DNA of 64,000 nt. Origin: an uncultured Rickettsiales bacterium. GTDB taxonomy: Bacteria > Margulisbacteria > Marinamargulisbacteria > GCA-2716485 > CAZIFG01. Of the stretch, positions 37,538-46,883 are shown piece by piece. Within the stretch, counting starts at the first letter, position 1. Every line of letters begins with the position of its first letter. The stretch covers positions 43,250-107,249 of the forward strand of contig CAZIFG010000004.1 of NCBI GenBank assembly GCA_964539135.1, in the 5' to 3' direction. The notes beneath the pieces are model-generated. The model saw nothing but the letters and a program-made list of their open reading frames with translations, did not search any database and had not been told where the DNA came from. Both the position numbers and the translations under genes were made by a program.

Positions 37538-38274
37538 TTAAGGCCTCCAAAGCGACGATCTCGATGTTGAAATTGGTGTAAAATAGACACAAAGTCAGAT
37601 TTTCCAAAATCAGGCCATAAAGTATCAATAAAAAAGAGTTCCGCATAAGAGAGTTGCCACAACATAAAGTTACTCAGTCTATGATCGCCACCTGTTCGAA
37701 TTAAAAGATCGGGGTCTGGAATGCCTGCGGTGTAGAGATGTTTTTCGATTTCAGCTTCCGTAAATGTGTGACACTGAGACATAGCATGCGCCAGTTCTCT
37801 GCGGCCGCCATAGTTAATCATTAAATTTAATTGGAGTGTCGTGCAATGCGCGGTTTCTGTCTCCGAGTTTTTAAGACCGGCGGCAAGAGAAGGCGAAAAT
37901 TGAGACCAATCTCCCAAAGAGCGAACGCGGACACCATTGGACAATAGGGCAGGGAGTTCCAGCGTCGTCATGTCTTCAATTAAAGACATTAAAAAATCCA
38001 CTTCTTCTTGAGGGCGACTCCAATTTTCAGTAGAAAAGGTATAAACCGACAAATAATGAACATTATAATCGGCACAAAGCCCAATGGTTCGACGCAAGGT
38101 TTCAGCCCCTCGAACGTGACCTTCTGTGCGTTTAAGACCTCTTTCTTTTGCCCATCGTCCATTTCCATCCATAATCACAGCAATGTGTTTTGGAATGCGC
38201 TCTGGATCCAGATCATCCTGTTTGCATAGTGTTTCAAGGGGGGTTTGACGCTCAAGAAGTCCTGTAATCGTCAT
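37534..38274 (-). CDS. uppS: Undecaprenyl diphosphate synthase
   Basis: HIAVIMDGNGRWA and RTGGDHRLSNFMLWQ. Confidence 0.92.
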   Translation of the reverse strand: MTITGLLERQTPLETLCKQDDLDPERIPKHIAVIMDGNGRWAKERGLKRTEGHVRGAETLRRTIGLCADYNVHYLSVYTFSTENWSRPQEEVDFLMSLIEDMTTLELPALLSNGVRVRSLGDWSQFSPSLAAGLKNSETETAHCTTLQLNLMINYGGRRELAHAMSQCHTFTEAEIEKHLYTAGIPDPDLLIRTGGDHRLSNFMLWQLSYAELFFIDTLWPDFGKSDFVSILHQFQHRDRRFGGLK

Positions 38275-38277
38275 GGC

Positions 38278-38820
38278 TTAAACAGTCAAAATTTCTTTTT
38301 CTTTTTTAAGAACCAATTCGTCTATTTTTTTAGAGAAAGATTCTGTAGAGGCCTGAACCTCTTCCTGCATTTTTTTAGACTCATCTTCTGTCAGTTCTTT
38401 TGCTTTTTCACTGACTTTGATTTTATCAATAGCATCCCGACGAACATTGCGTAGCGCCACTTTACCTTCTTCAGCGTAAGCATGAAGGACTTTGACCAAT
38501 TCTTTACGGCGTTCTTCGGTAAGTTCCGGTAAACGGATCCGAATCATACCCCCATCTGTATTGGGATTAAGTCCCAGTTGAGAGGTTTGAATGGCCTTTT
38601 CAATGCTTTTAATGGCACCTTGATCAAAGACATTCAAGACAAGCGTTGTGGCTTCAGGCGCAGAAACAGACGCCAATTGCTGAAGCGGAACTTTAGATCC
38701 ATAATACTCGACAACAACGCCGCTCAACATATCGGGATTGGCGCGATTGGTTCTTAACGTGGCAATATGCAGTTTAAAAGAGTCCACGGTTTTTTGCATT
38801 TTTTCATTGAGTTCGCTCAT
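38278..38820 (-). CDS. frr: Ribosome recycling factor
   Basis: 180 aa. Typical RRF sequence: [18 protein letters not shown] ... [16 protein letters not shown]. Confidence 0.93.
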   Translation of the reverse strand: MSELNEKMQKTVDSFKLHIATLRTNRANPDMLSGVVVEYYGSKVPLQQLASVSAPEATTLVLNVFDQGAIKSIEKAIQTSQLGLNPNTDGGMIRIRLPELTEERRKELVKVLHAYAEEGKVALRNVRRDAIDKIKVSEKAKELTEDESKKMQEEVQASTESFSKKIDELVLKKEKEILTV

Positions 38821-39539
38821 TTCTGATCTCCAATATAAGTACCCACTTTTTCTTGTAAAAGGGCCTTTTGAATATTACCTTCTTTCGAGAGGTTAAACAC
38901 CACAATCGGAATATTATTTTCCTGGCTTAAGGTTAGTGCCGTCGTATCCATAACGTGTAAATTTCGAGTTAATACATCTTGATAAGTTAAGGACTCAAAA
39001 AACTGAGCATCGGCATGTTTCATGGGGTCTTTATCATAGACGCCATCTACCTTAGTGGCTTTAAAAATAACATCTGCCTTAATTTCAGCGGCACGCAAGG
39101 CAGCCGTCGTATCGGTTGTAAAATAGGGATTTCCGGTACCGCCTGCAAAAATCACAATACGACCTTTTTCCATATGGCGAATAGATCGTTGCAAAATAAA
39201 GGTTTCGGCAACTTCTCGAACATGAAGCGCGCTTTGAACCCGAGAGGGGACATCCACGCGGCTAAGGGCATCCTGAAGAGCCAAGGCATTCATAATCGTT
39301 GCAAGCATGCCTGTGTAGTCAGCAGTCACTCTATCCATGCCATTTTCAGAAGCAGAAAGCCCCCTAAAAATATTGCCACCGCCGATTACAATGGCCAAAT
39401 CGATACCCAATTGATAAGCCGATTTAATTTCATTGGCTAAAAACAAAAGAAAATGAGGGTCTATCCCATAGTCTCTTTCGCCTTTAAAAGCTTCTCCACT
39501 GAGTTTAAGTAAAACGCGTTTATATTTAATTCGTGTCAT
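38817..39539 (-). CDS. pyrH: UMP kinase
   Basis: [11 protein letters not shown] and [21 protein letters not shown]. Confidence 0.93.
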   Translation of the reverse strand: MTRIKYKRVLLKLSGEAFKGERDYGIDPHFLLFLANEIKSAYQLGIDLAIVIGGGNIFRGLSASENGMDRVTADYTGMLATIMNALALQDALSRVDVPSRVQSALHVREVAETFILQRSIRHMEKGRIVIFAGGTGNPYFTTDTTAALRAAEIKADVIFKATKVDGVYDKDPMKHADAQFFESLTYQDVLTRNLHVMDTTALTLSQENNIPIVVFNLSKEGNIQKALLQEKVGTYIGDQK

Positions 39540-39581
39540 AATGGCGATATTCTATCAGCTTAAAAATAGAATAACAATAAT

Positions 39582-40571
39582 GAGACTGTTGCGACATGCC
39601 TACGTTTGGATCAGACAGATGGCTTTGGAATGAGATGTTGGTAGGCCTTTTGAACCAGCATAAAGACATATGCATCTCCTCCTTTATCAGGATGGTGTTG
39701 AAGCATTAATGCTTTGTAGGCACGTTTAATCGTATTGACAGAGGCGGTGGAAGGAAGGCTGAGAATACGAAAGGCTTTTGCATCAGTCATTTCTGGTGGA
39801 TCCAATGGAGACATAAATTCGGAGACAAAAGGAAGGGCAGAGGGAACGCCATAATGAGTGATGCCAAGTGTGACAAGATCAGGAGCAGCTGTGCGTGTCG
39901 CCTTATAATGCCAGGATAAATCACGTGGCGGCGTAAATTCATGAACCCCATAAGCACGGTCAACACCTTTGCGAACGATAGGATCTATAATAGACTTGGT
40001 TAAAAAGACAAAAGAAACCAACATAAAGGTAAGAAAGAGCGTTTCCGGGGTAGCCTCATGGAGGGCATGGCCGAGGTAGGCAATAAACACGGCAACTTTA
40101 AAGGCCGGATGTGTTGGGGGGGGTGCTGAAGGCGAGGTAAGGGCATCAATATCTGTTCTAAGTGTGGGGCGACTGGATAACACATAGGCAGAAGACGATA
40201 AAAAAATCTGCTTTAAGGCAGAGAGTCGATCTGTAAAAATACGAACTTCATAAGGGGGGATCCCGCCTTTATAGTGAGACAGCATCTTAAGGTGCCGAGA
40301 AAAACTATCAAATAAAGCATCACATTTGAAGTCCTTATAAGTTAGTTTTGCCCGTTCAGTAAGATCCTTCAAAGTCGGGGTTCTATTTCCCCCTTCCAGC
40401 ATAAAAAAGGAAAGCAAGGTTGAAATATAAAGCTTTTCAAGCTCAGAATAGGATTTAGATTCACAAACAGGGGCTAAAGAAAGGACTTTAAACATAATCG
40501 GCTCCTAGAAAGTTTCGTTATTCTTATTTGGGTTATCGAGATTTGGAATAAAATAATTTCACAACAGTCTC
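39582..40571 (+). mobile_element. 990-bp composite version of the repeat family. Matching TIR ends enclose one passenger ORF (the J-domain protein).
   Basis: The left end at 39582-39614 is GAGACTGTTGCGACATGCCTACGTTTGGATCAG. The right end at 40540-40571 is ...GGAATAAAATAATTTCACAACAGTCTC. Both tips carry the same variant, GAGAC/GTCTC. The flanking 5-mers are ATAAT and ATATT. Confidence 0.65.
39611..40495 (-). CDS. Orphan membrane protein with a C-terminal J domain (DnaJ-like, HPD motif)
   Basis: C-terminus FRILSLPSTASVNTIKRAYKALMLQHHPDKGGDAYVFMLVQKAYQHL. There is a central hydrophobic segment, and AGGAG lies 6 nt upstream of the ATG. The stop codon lies in the left repeat end. Confidence 0.65.
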   Translation of the reverse strand: MFKVLSLAPVCESKSYSELEKLYISTLLSFFMLEGGNRTPTLKDLTERAKLTYKDFKCDALFDSFSRHLKMLSHYKGGIPPYEVRIFTDRLSALKQIFLSSSAYVLSSRPTLRTDIDALTSPSAPPPTHPAFKVAVFIAYLGHALHEATPETLFLTFMLVSFVFLTKSIIDPIVRKGVDRAYGVHEFTPPRDLSWHYKATRTAAPDLVTLGITHYGVPSALPFVSEFMSPLDPPEMTDAKAFRILSLPSTASVNTIKRAYKALMLQHHPDKGGDAYVFMLVQKAYQHLIPKPSV

Positions 40572-40574
40572 ATA

Positions 40575-40603
40575 TTGGTGATACGTCGTATTTATGGCAT
40601 AAT
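40575..40603 (+). promoter_or_regulatory. Candidate promoter of rseP (TTGGTG-17-CATAAT)
   Basis: -35 at 40575-40580 and -10 at 40598-40603. The rseP ATG (40613) is 9 nt after the -10 and has no SD. The -35 begins 3 nt after the repeat end. Confidence 0.4.
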
Positions 40604-40612
40604 AAAACCACT

Positions 40613-41692
40613 ATGTTAATAATCATCACCATTATCGCCTTAGGGCTTGTTATATTTATTCATGAATTGGGCCATCTATGGGCGGCAAAAGCCTGTGGTA
40701 TTGGCGTCCATGAGTTCAGTATTGGAATGGGACCTAAGGTCTTAGGCAAAAGAATAAACGGAACAGACTATAATTTAAGACTATTGCCCTTCGGGGGATT
40801 TGTGAAATTGGCGGGCTTAGATGAAGACAAAGAGGCACCTCCTATTGCGGATCACCTAAATTACAGAAAGAAGCCACTCTACAAACGCTTTATCGTCATT
40901 GTGGCCGGATCTGTTATGAATATTATCCTGGGTTATGTTCTGTTTACGGGCGTGTCTTTTGGAATGGGGATTCCGGAACCGACAGGAATCATTGAACATG
41001 TGGTCAACAATACACCAGCTGCTCAGGTGGGCCTAAAAGAAGGCGATGAAATTATAAAGGTAGATGCTAAACCCTTGGCCAAAGAAAATTTAGTGAAGGT
41101 GATCCAGCGCACAAAAGGCAAAGAAATGAATTTAACCATCAAACGAGACAATAAAATCTTTGACGTTAAAATTACACCTGAAAAAAAATCAGAGAAAAAG
41201 TGGATTTTAGGGCTGATGTTAAAAATTAACCATCAAAAAATCCCCCTTTTGGAGGCCTGTGTTCAAGGCGGAGTCCAAACCTTAGATCAAATTAAAATGA
41301 TGCTCGTGAGCGTCAAACTATTGGTGACAGGACAGGTTTCCGTCTCTCAAATGACAGGGCCTGTAGGCATTGTTCAATTTGCATCGTCTCAATTGGACAG
41401 TGGATTCTTTAGATTTTTAAACGTCATGGCCTTAATTACCTTGAGTTTAGGGATTATGAATTTACTTCCCTTTCCCGTATTAGATGGTGGGCACTTGATG
41501 TTTTTACTCCTTGAGGGACTAAGAGGAAAACCCCTGTCAGAACGGGTAGAGCTTTGGATTGCCAATATTGGCGCGGGGCTTTTAATTACATTGATGGCCT
41601 TTATTATTTTAAATGATGTTATAAAATGGAAAGAAAGAGGCGAGTTATTCAAACGCTTTCAATCAAGTATAATAAAAGAGAAAGGGAAGTAG
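40613..41692 (+). CDS. rseP: RIP zinc metalloprotease RseP (site-2 protease, M50)
   Basis: HELGHLWAAK, a PDZ domain, and NLLPFPVLDGGH. Confidence 0.9.
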   Translation: MLIIITIIALGLVIFIHELGHLWAAKACGIGVHEFSIGMGPKVLGKRINGTDYNLRLLPFGGFVKLAGLDEDKEAPPIADHLNYRKKPLYKRFIVIVAGSVMNIILGYVLFTGVSFGMGIPEPTGIIEHVVNNTPAAQVGLKEGDEIIKVDAKPLAKENLVKVIQRTKGKEMNLTIKRDNKIFDVKITPEKKSEKKWILGLMLKINHQKIPLLEACVQGGVQTLDQIKMMLVSVKLLVTGQVSVSQMTGPVGIVQFASSQLDSGFFRFLNVMALITLSLGIMNLLPFPVLDGGHLMFLLLEGLRGKPLSERVELWIANIGAGLLITLMAFIILNDVIKWKERGELFKRFQSSIIKEKGK

Positions 41693-41706
41693 GGTGTTAG
41701 GCACGC

Positions 41707-42387
41707 ATGATTAAGATTAAGCGATTAGGAAAAAAGTATCCCAACGGACTCATTGCCCTAGAAGATATCAATTTAACCATCCAAAACAATGAATTTGTCT
41801 ATTTAGTAGGCGCATCTGGAGCAGGGAAATCGACTCTCTTACGCATGATTTTTAGAGCAGAATATCCCAGTAGTGGGGAGATTTTTATTGATAATTTTAA
41901 CTTATCTAAAATTAATGAATCCCAAGTACCAATTTTAAGACGCAGTATCGGTGTGGTATTCCAAGATTTTAAATTATTACCGAAACGAACCGTGTATGAA
42001 AATGTAGCCTTTGCGCTTCGTTTTTTAAACTATTCTCGCAATCGTATTCGAAAGCAAGTGGGCCAAGTATTAGAATTAGTGGGCTTACATGAAAAAATGA
42101 ATCAATATCCCTCTCAGCTTTCAGGGGGAGAACAACAACGCATTTGCATTGCAAGAGCCATTGTAAATAATCCCCCCATATTACTTGCAGATGAGCCTAC
42201 TGGAAGTTTGGATCCAGATACGTCATGGGAAATCATGCAGCTCTTAAGTAAAATCAACAGTCGAAAAACAACCGTTGTGGTTGCGACGCATAATAAAGGG
42301 ATTGTAGATGATATTCGAAAACGCGTGGTTGCATTGGAAAAAGGACGCATTGTTAGAGATGAACAATTGGGGGCCTATGACGGGTAA
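41707..42387 (+). CDS. ftsE: Cell division ATP-binding protein FtsE
   Basis: Walker A GASGAGKST, ABC signature LSGGEQQR, Walker B ILLADEPTG. Confidence 0.9.
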   Translation: MIKIKRLGKKYPNGLIALEDINLTIQNNEFVYLVGASGAGKSTLLRMIFRAEYPSSGEIFIDNFNLSKINESQVPILRRSIGVVFQDFKLLPKRTVYENVAFALRFLNYSRNRIRKQVGQVLELVGLHEKMNQYPSQLSGGEQQRICIARAIVNNPPILLADEPTGSLDPDTSWEIMQLLSKINSRKTTVVVATHNKGIVDDIRKRVVALEKGRIVRDEQLGAYDG

Positions 42388-42390
42388 AAG

Positions 42391-43278
42391 ATGTTAAATA
42401 AGTTATCCTTTTTTATATCGGAAGCCTTTATTGGAATGAGACGGTCTGCGTTGATGATGTTCATTGCGATTGGGACTATTTCAGTGTCACTGGTTATTTT
42501 TGGTGTTTTTCTATTGATCAATGCTAACTTATCGAATTTGGGTAATTTTGTGACCGCAAAATTAGAAATCCGAGCCTTTTTACAATCTGATATTTCGGAT
42601 GCGGAACGCATGCGATTTAAAACCATTTTAGAACAAATGCCCTATGTCAAAACAGTGGTCTTTGTAGACAAAAACGAGGCCTGGAAAAATTTTCGAACCA
42701 ACTATCCCAATTTAGAGCTTGCAGAAATTGTCACAGATAATCCCTTACCCGATGCCTTTAAAATTGTATTAAGTGACAACAAACATATTACAGAGCTTGC
42801 AGGAAAAATAAAAAGTTACAATACCTATGTAGAAGATGTTGTTTATGGAGGAAGCATAGCGGAACGCATGTCAAATTTTTCAAGGTTGGTACGCATTGCA
42901 GGATTTATTTTGGTGATTTTTTTAACACTCGCAACCTTATTTATCATTGTAAATACCATTAGACTGACCGTGTTAAATCGAGAAGATGAGATTGCGATCA
43001 TGAAACTAGTAGGCGCAACAAATGCCTTTATTAGTGGGCCTTTTATTATTGAAGGGCTTTTAATTGGATTATCAGGGTCTTTAATAGCCTCTGGGGTTTT
43101 AAAATATTTTTATGGTGTTTTTGCCAGCCATTTTCAGACAAAGATGCCTTATTTTCCCATTGTATTTGATCCTTGGGCTTTAAATAAAATCTATTTATCT
43201 ATTATTGCCTTAGGTATTTTTCTGGGAATTTTAGGGGCTTATATTTCAATTTCAAAAATATTAAAACGAACAATTTAA
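42391..43278 (+). CDS. ftsX: Cell division permease FtsX
   Basis: Adjacent to ftsE. It has one TM, a periplasmic domain, and three C-terminal TM helices (FtsX-like permease fold). Confidence 0.85.
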   Translation: MLNKLSFFISEAFIGMRRSALMMFIAIGTISVSLVIFGVFLLINANLSNLGNFVTAKLEIRAFLQSDISDAERMRFKTILEQMPYVKTVVFVDKNEAWKNFRTNYPNLELAEIVTDNPLPDAFKIVLSDNKHITELAGKIKSYNTYVEDVVYGGSIAERMSNFSRLVRIAGFILVIFLTLATLFIIVNTIRLTVLNREDEIAIMKLVGATNAFISGPFIIEGLLIGLSGSLIASGVLKYFYGVFASHFQTKMPYFPIVFDPWALNKIYLSIIALGIFLGILGAYISISKILKRTI

Positions 43279-43294
43279 AGGAGTATCAATTCAG

Positions 43295-44719
43295 ATGATC
43301 AGATTTTTAAGAGAAAAACAGGGCATGATTGTATGGGGCATTATCATCTTTTTTGTGGCAACCATGTTCACGGGCAGTTTTTTCATGTCCGATCATTTTA
43401 ATAGCAACACCTCTGAAACAGAAAGCCCCAAAGAGTCTGACGTTGCATGGGTGGGATCGACACCTTTAGATCCGCTTTTATTTAACCGAAATATCCAGGC
43501 TATTTTCAGATCTGTGACAACGCGAATGGATCCAGAAGCGCAAGAAAGTTTGATTTACCAAGCCTTTACAGAAACGGTAAAACAAATGATTTTTTTAAAT
43601 ATGGCAAAAGAAAAAGACATAGAGGTCAGTCGGTCAGAGCGAGAAGCTGGGATAGAGCAGTATGTTATGCTTGAAAATGTAAGAGACAAAGAGGCCTTAA
43701 AAGAAAAGTACAAAAAAAACAATTACGATTATGATAAATTAATCGATATTATTAATCAGCAAATTTTAATGGAAAAAGCCAAAAGAGAGCTTTTAAAAGA
43801 TGTAACCGTAACAAATGAAGATGTGGATAATTTTTATACAGAAGTGGATGTTCAACATATTCTGATCAAAGTAAGCCCAACCGATAAGGCATCAGAGAAA
43901 GAAAAGGTCGCCACCCAAATTTATAAGGAGCTGCAAAGCAAAAAACTTAATTTTGAAGCGGCTGTTGCCAAATATTCAGAAGATACGCCCACCCTTGAAA
44001 AGAAAGGGAGTTTAGGTAAAATCCGTTTGGGGCAAACACTGCCGGAATTTGATGCGGCTGTATTCAGTTTAAAACCAGGCGAAATATCGAAGCCCATCAA
44101 AACCTTATTTGGGTATCACATTGTCAAATTAAATTCAAAACAAGAATTAAAACGACCCATTGATTTTGATTATGAAAAAGAGAAACCCAAATTACTGGAG
44201 TTCAGACAAACCAGAACCTTAGAATTGGCGATTGTGAATGCGCTTCAATTTAATCCTATTAAAATTAATGATCCTATTTTAGCAGCGGCAGATGCCAAAG
44301 CAAAAGGAAATTGGGCAAGTGCGGAGGCCAATTATCAGCTCCAAATTTCAAAACGAGCTTATGATCCGGTTGCCAATTTTATGTTGGGTAATTTGTATGT
44401 CAAAGCCGGTGAAGTGGATAAGGGCATTGCGGAGTATGAGAAAGCCAAAGTAAAAATTGCATTGGTTGAGAATAAAGAATTTCCAGATTTATTTATTGCC
44501 TGGGGGAAGGCCTGCAAATCCAAAGGAGACACGGGCCTTGCGTTAGAATTATATAAAACAGCCTTGACTCAATCTTTAAAGGTTGAAAGTCTGCTCCTCA
44601 TTTTAAAAGAAGAATTTACAAGCTTAAAAGCAGGAAAAGAATTGGCGACTGTGACTCAAGCCTTAGCTCAAATTCAGGTCGAGAAAGACGCCGCTCAACA
44701 AGCGGCAGGACAGCAGTAA
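43295..44719 (+). CDS. Membrane-anchored peptidyl-prolyl isomerase (parvulin type, PpiD/SurA-like) with C-terminal TPR-like repeats
   Basis: N-terminal TM. The parvulin domain runs VQHILIKV ... FGYHIVKL. Confidence 0.75.
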   Translation: MIRFLREKQGMIVWGIIIFFVATMFTGSFFMSDHFNSNTSETESPKESDVAWVGSTPLDPLLFNRNIQAIFRSVTTRMDPEAQESLIYQAFTETVKQMIFLNMAKEKDIEVSRSEREAGIEQYVMLENVRDKEALKEKYKKNNYDYDKLIDIINQQILMEKAKRELLKDVTVTNEDVDNFYTEVDVQHILIKVSPTDKASEKEKVATQIYKELQSKKLNFEAAVAKYSEDTPTLEKKGSLGKIRLGQTLPEFDAAVFSLKPGEISKPIKTLFGYHIVKLNSKQELKRPIDFDYEKEKPKLLEFRQTRTLELAIVNALQFNPIKINDPILAAADAKAKGNWASAEANYQLQISKRAYDPVANFMLGNLYVKAGEVDKGIAEYEKAKVKIALVENKEFPDLFIAWGKACKSKGDTGLALELYKTALTQSLKVESLLLILKEEFTSLKAGKELATVTQALAQIQVEKDAAQQAAGQQ

Positions 44720-44748
44720 AAGGACCCTGATCGCGAGCCCTTATTTTT

Positions 44749-45684
44749 TTAGGCTGCGGTAATCTTTTTTAAAACCTCAGATAACTTAAGGGTATCTGTG
44801 GCATGTTGTTTGACCATATGGTGGGAAGGTGCGTATTTTTTTTGAAAAAAGGATTTCCCCCATTTTTTATGGTGAGCTAAAAAAAAGACATAATAATGAA
44901 CACTCATAGAATTTTGAGTAAGCTGGTGTGCAAGAGAATGAGAGAGATCTAAGACCGCTTCTTTTTGACTCAAAGGAGCGGGTTTTAAAAGAAGGGCATC
45001 CATGCCAGACAGTAGGTCCTGAAACTGGGAAATAGAAGCGGATAAAATAATGGTTTTAGCCGTATCAATGAGGTGAGTTAAACATTCGAGTTGAATCGCG
45101 AATAGGGCCTCAACAGTTGATTTCCACGCGGGTAATCTAAACAGAGTTTGAATTGCATGGGTATTCGATGTTAGAATCAAGGTCAGTCCAATAATCGCAT
45201 ATTGCCGGTGTTCCAGGGGATCTTGAAGCTTGAGGCTCTCTTTTAAAGCTTGCATCAAGAGGAGAGATAAATCAGGCGGATTGGGATATTTACAGGCGCC
45301 CACAAGGATCAGTAAAATATCGCGCTTTTTAGATAGATTAGAGGTAGTCGTATAAATTTTGATGAAATTTTTAAGTGTAGACAGTGCTTTTTGACTGAGA
45401 ACGGTAGGGGTTAGCTGTCTCTCTAGGCGTTTAAGTCCATCTTCATTAAAATTAGAGGGGATGTGGTGTGCAGGGTCTGGAAGATCGTCAATGGAAACAA
45501 GCGGAACAGATTCAATAAAAGAGGGAATGCCAACAGAATCATACGGGGGTAGAGACGCATCAGATTCTACCTGATCCAGTGCAGAGTGAATACGTTTACC
45601 AAATTCTTCCTTTGATTTTTTCTGTTTCTGATCCCTTTTTCGGGAATTGAGACGATAAATATCGCCTGAAATGCCGGATACCAT
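44749..45684 (-). CDS. Orphan hypothetical protein (311 aa, helical-repeat-like)
   Basis: ORF with a strong SD (GAAGGAGG, 5 nt upstream of the ATG). It begins 18 nt from repeat copy 4. No recognisable motif. Confidence 0.5.
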   Translation of the reverse strand: MVSGISGDIYRLNSRKRDQKQKKSKEEFGKRIHSALDQVESDASLPPYDSVGIPSFIESVPLVSIDDLPDPAHHIPSNFNEDGLKRLERQLTPTVLSQKALSTLKNFIKIYTTTSNLSKKRDILLILVGACKYPNPPDLSLLLMQALKESLKLQDPLEHRQYAIIGLTLILTSNTHAIQTLFRLPAWKSTVEALFAIQLECLTHLIDTAKTIILSASISQFQDLLSGMDALLLKPAPLSQKEAVLDLSHSLAHQLTQNSMSVHYYVFFLAHHKKWGKSFFQKKYAPSHHMVKQHATDTLKLSEVLKKITAA

Positions 45685-45701
45685 AGGACCTCCTTCATTA
45701 T

Positions 45702-45843
45702 GGGACTGTTGCTAAACGCCTATTTTGGCCATCTGCGGTGTTATCCTCGTCCTCAAGTCCTCATTTATGATATATAAATTCAGGGCTTTCGGACTAGCAC
45801 TGCCTTGCAGCTGATCCAAACGTATGAATTTCCCAACAGTCCC
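45702..45843 (-). mobile_element. MITE-like palindromic element, copy 4 (142 bp, inverted orientation)
   Basis: The reverse complement aligns over its full length to copies 1, 2 and 5. The flanking 5-mers are ATTAT and ATCAT. Confidence 0.8.
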
Positions 45844-45915
45844 ATCATACTAAACATGGAATATGTTAAGTAGTTACGCTTTAACTGTACATCAGGAAGA
45901 GAGAGGAGTCAAAAA

Positions 45916-46269
45916 TTAAGCCGAAAAAAGATCACAAATCAACTCATGGCCTTGAGTGGCAGAAATGAGAACCGCATCAAATCGACAGGCATAGTCATGC
46001 AATGAAAAGTGATAAATGTAGTGCTCAGCGGTTTGAATGAGTCGTTGTTTTTGACGTAAAATTTGTTCAAGAGGATGTACCCATGTTGGATTGTCATAAG
46101 CTTTAACTTCAACAAAGACAAGAACACCTTCAGGATCTATCATGATCAAATCTATTTCACCAAAACGGGATCTAAAGTTTTGATCTCGAAGATGATATCC
46201 CTTTTGAATCAAAAAAGAGAGTGCTAAGGATTCGCCTTTAAATCCTTTTTCTCGAGCCCGACGCCCCAT
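45916..46269 (-). CDS. yraN: YraN family endonuclease (UPF0102)
   Basis: GEIDLIMIDPEGVLVFVEVKA motif. 117 aa. Confidence 0.8.
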   Translation of the reverse strand: MGRRAREKGFKGESLALSFLIQKGYHLRDQNFRSRFGEIDLIMIDPEGVLVFVEVKAYDNPTWVHPLEQILRQKQRLIQTAEHYIYHFSLHDYACRFDAVLISATQGHELICDLFSA

Positions 46270-46859
46270 TAAAAAAGAACCTGTTGCCGGTGTAAATTAA
46301 AACTTTTTCGGTGAATCGGAGAAACCCCGGACGCATGAAGGGCCTCATAGTGCTTGCGCGTCCCATAGCCTTTATGAATGGAAAATCCATACTCTGGATA
46401 GAGTCGATCGCAGGCCATCATAATCTTATCTCGTGTGACTTTGGCAATAATAGAAGCTGCTGAGATCTCAGCAATGTGTTGGTCGCCTTTAACAAAGGCT
46501 TTACAGGGGATATCCATGGCCAGAGGCACTTTATTTCCATCGATAAAGGCACGATCGGCTTGAGGATGAAGTCTGAGAATCGCCAACTTCATGGCACGAA
46601 GCGTCGCATTTAAGATATTAATCTGGTCAATGATGCGCGCACTGGAACTGGCAATAGTAATGCAGGCATCTGAATGGATAAGTTGGGTATAAAGGGCCTC
46701 TCTTTGTTGAGATGAAAGTTGCTTAGAATCCATTAAATCCAATTTGCGACTTCGGGGACCTAAAACAACTGCAGCGGCAATGACAGGCCCGGCAAGAGCA
46801 CCTCTTCCAGCTTCATCAACACCGGCTGTACGAAGATTATAGGCGTTTTTATAACTCAC
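46269..46859 (-). CDS. rnhB: Ribonuclease HII
   Basis: GVDEAGRGALAGPV and DSKQLS motifs. Confidence 0.92.
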   Translation of the reverse strand: MSYKNAYNLRTAGVDEAGRGALAGPVIAAAVVLGPRSRKLDLMDSKQLSSQQREALYTQLIHSDACITIASSSARIIDQINILNATLRAMKLAILRLHPQADRAFIDGNKVPLAMDIPCKAFVKGDQHIAEISAASIIAKVTRDKIMMACDRLYPEYGFSIHKGYGTRKHYEALHASGVSPIHRKSFNLHRQQVLF

Positions 46860-46883
46860 AGAAGGAGAAAAAATAGGCCTTAG

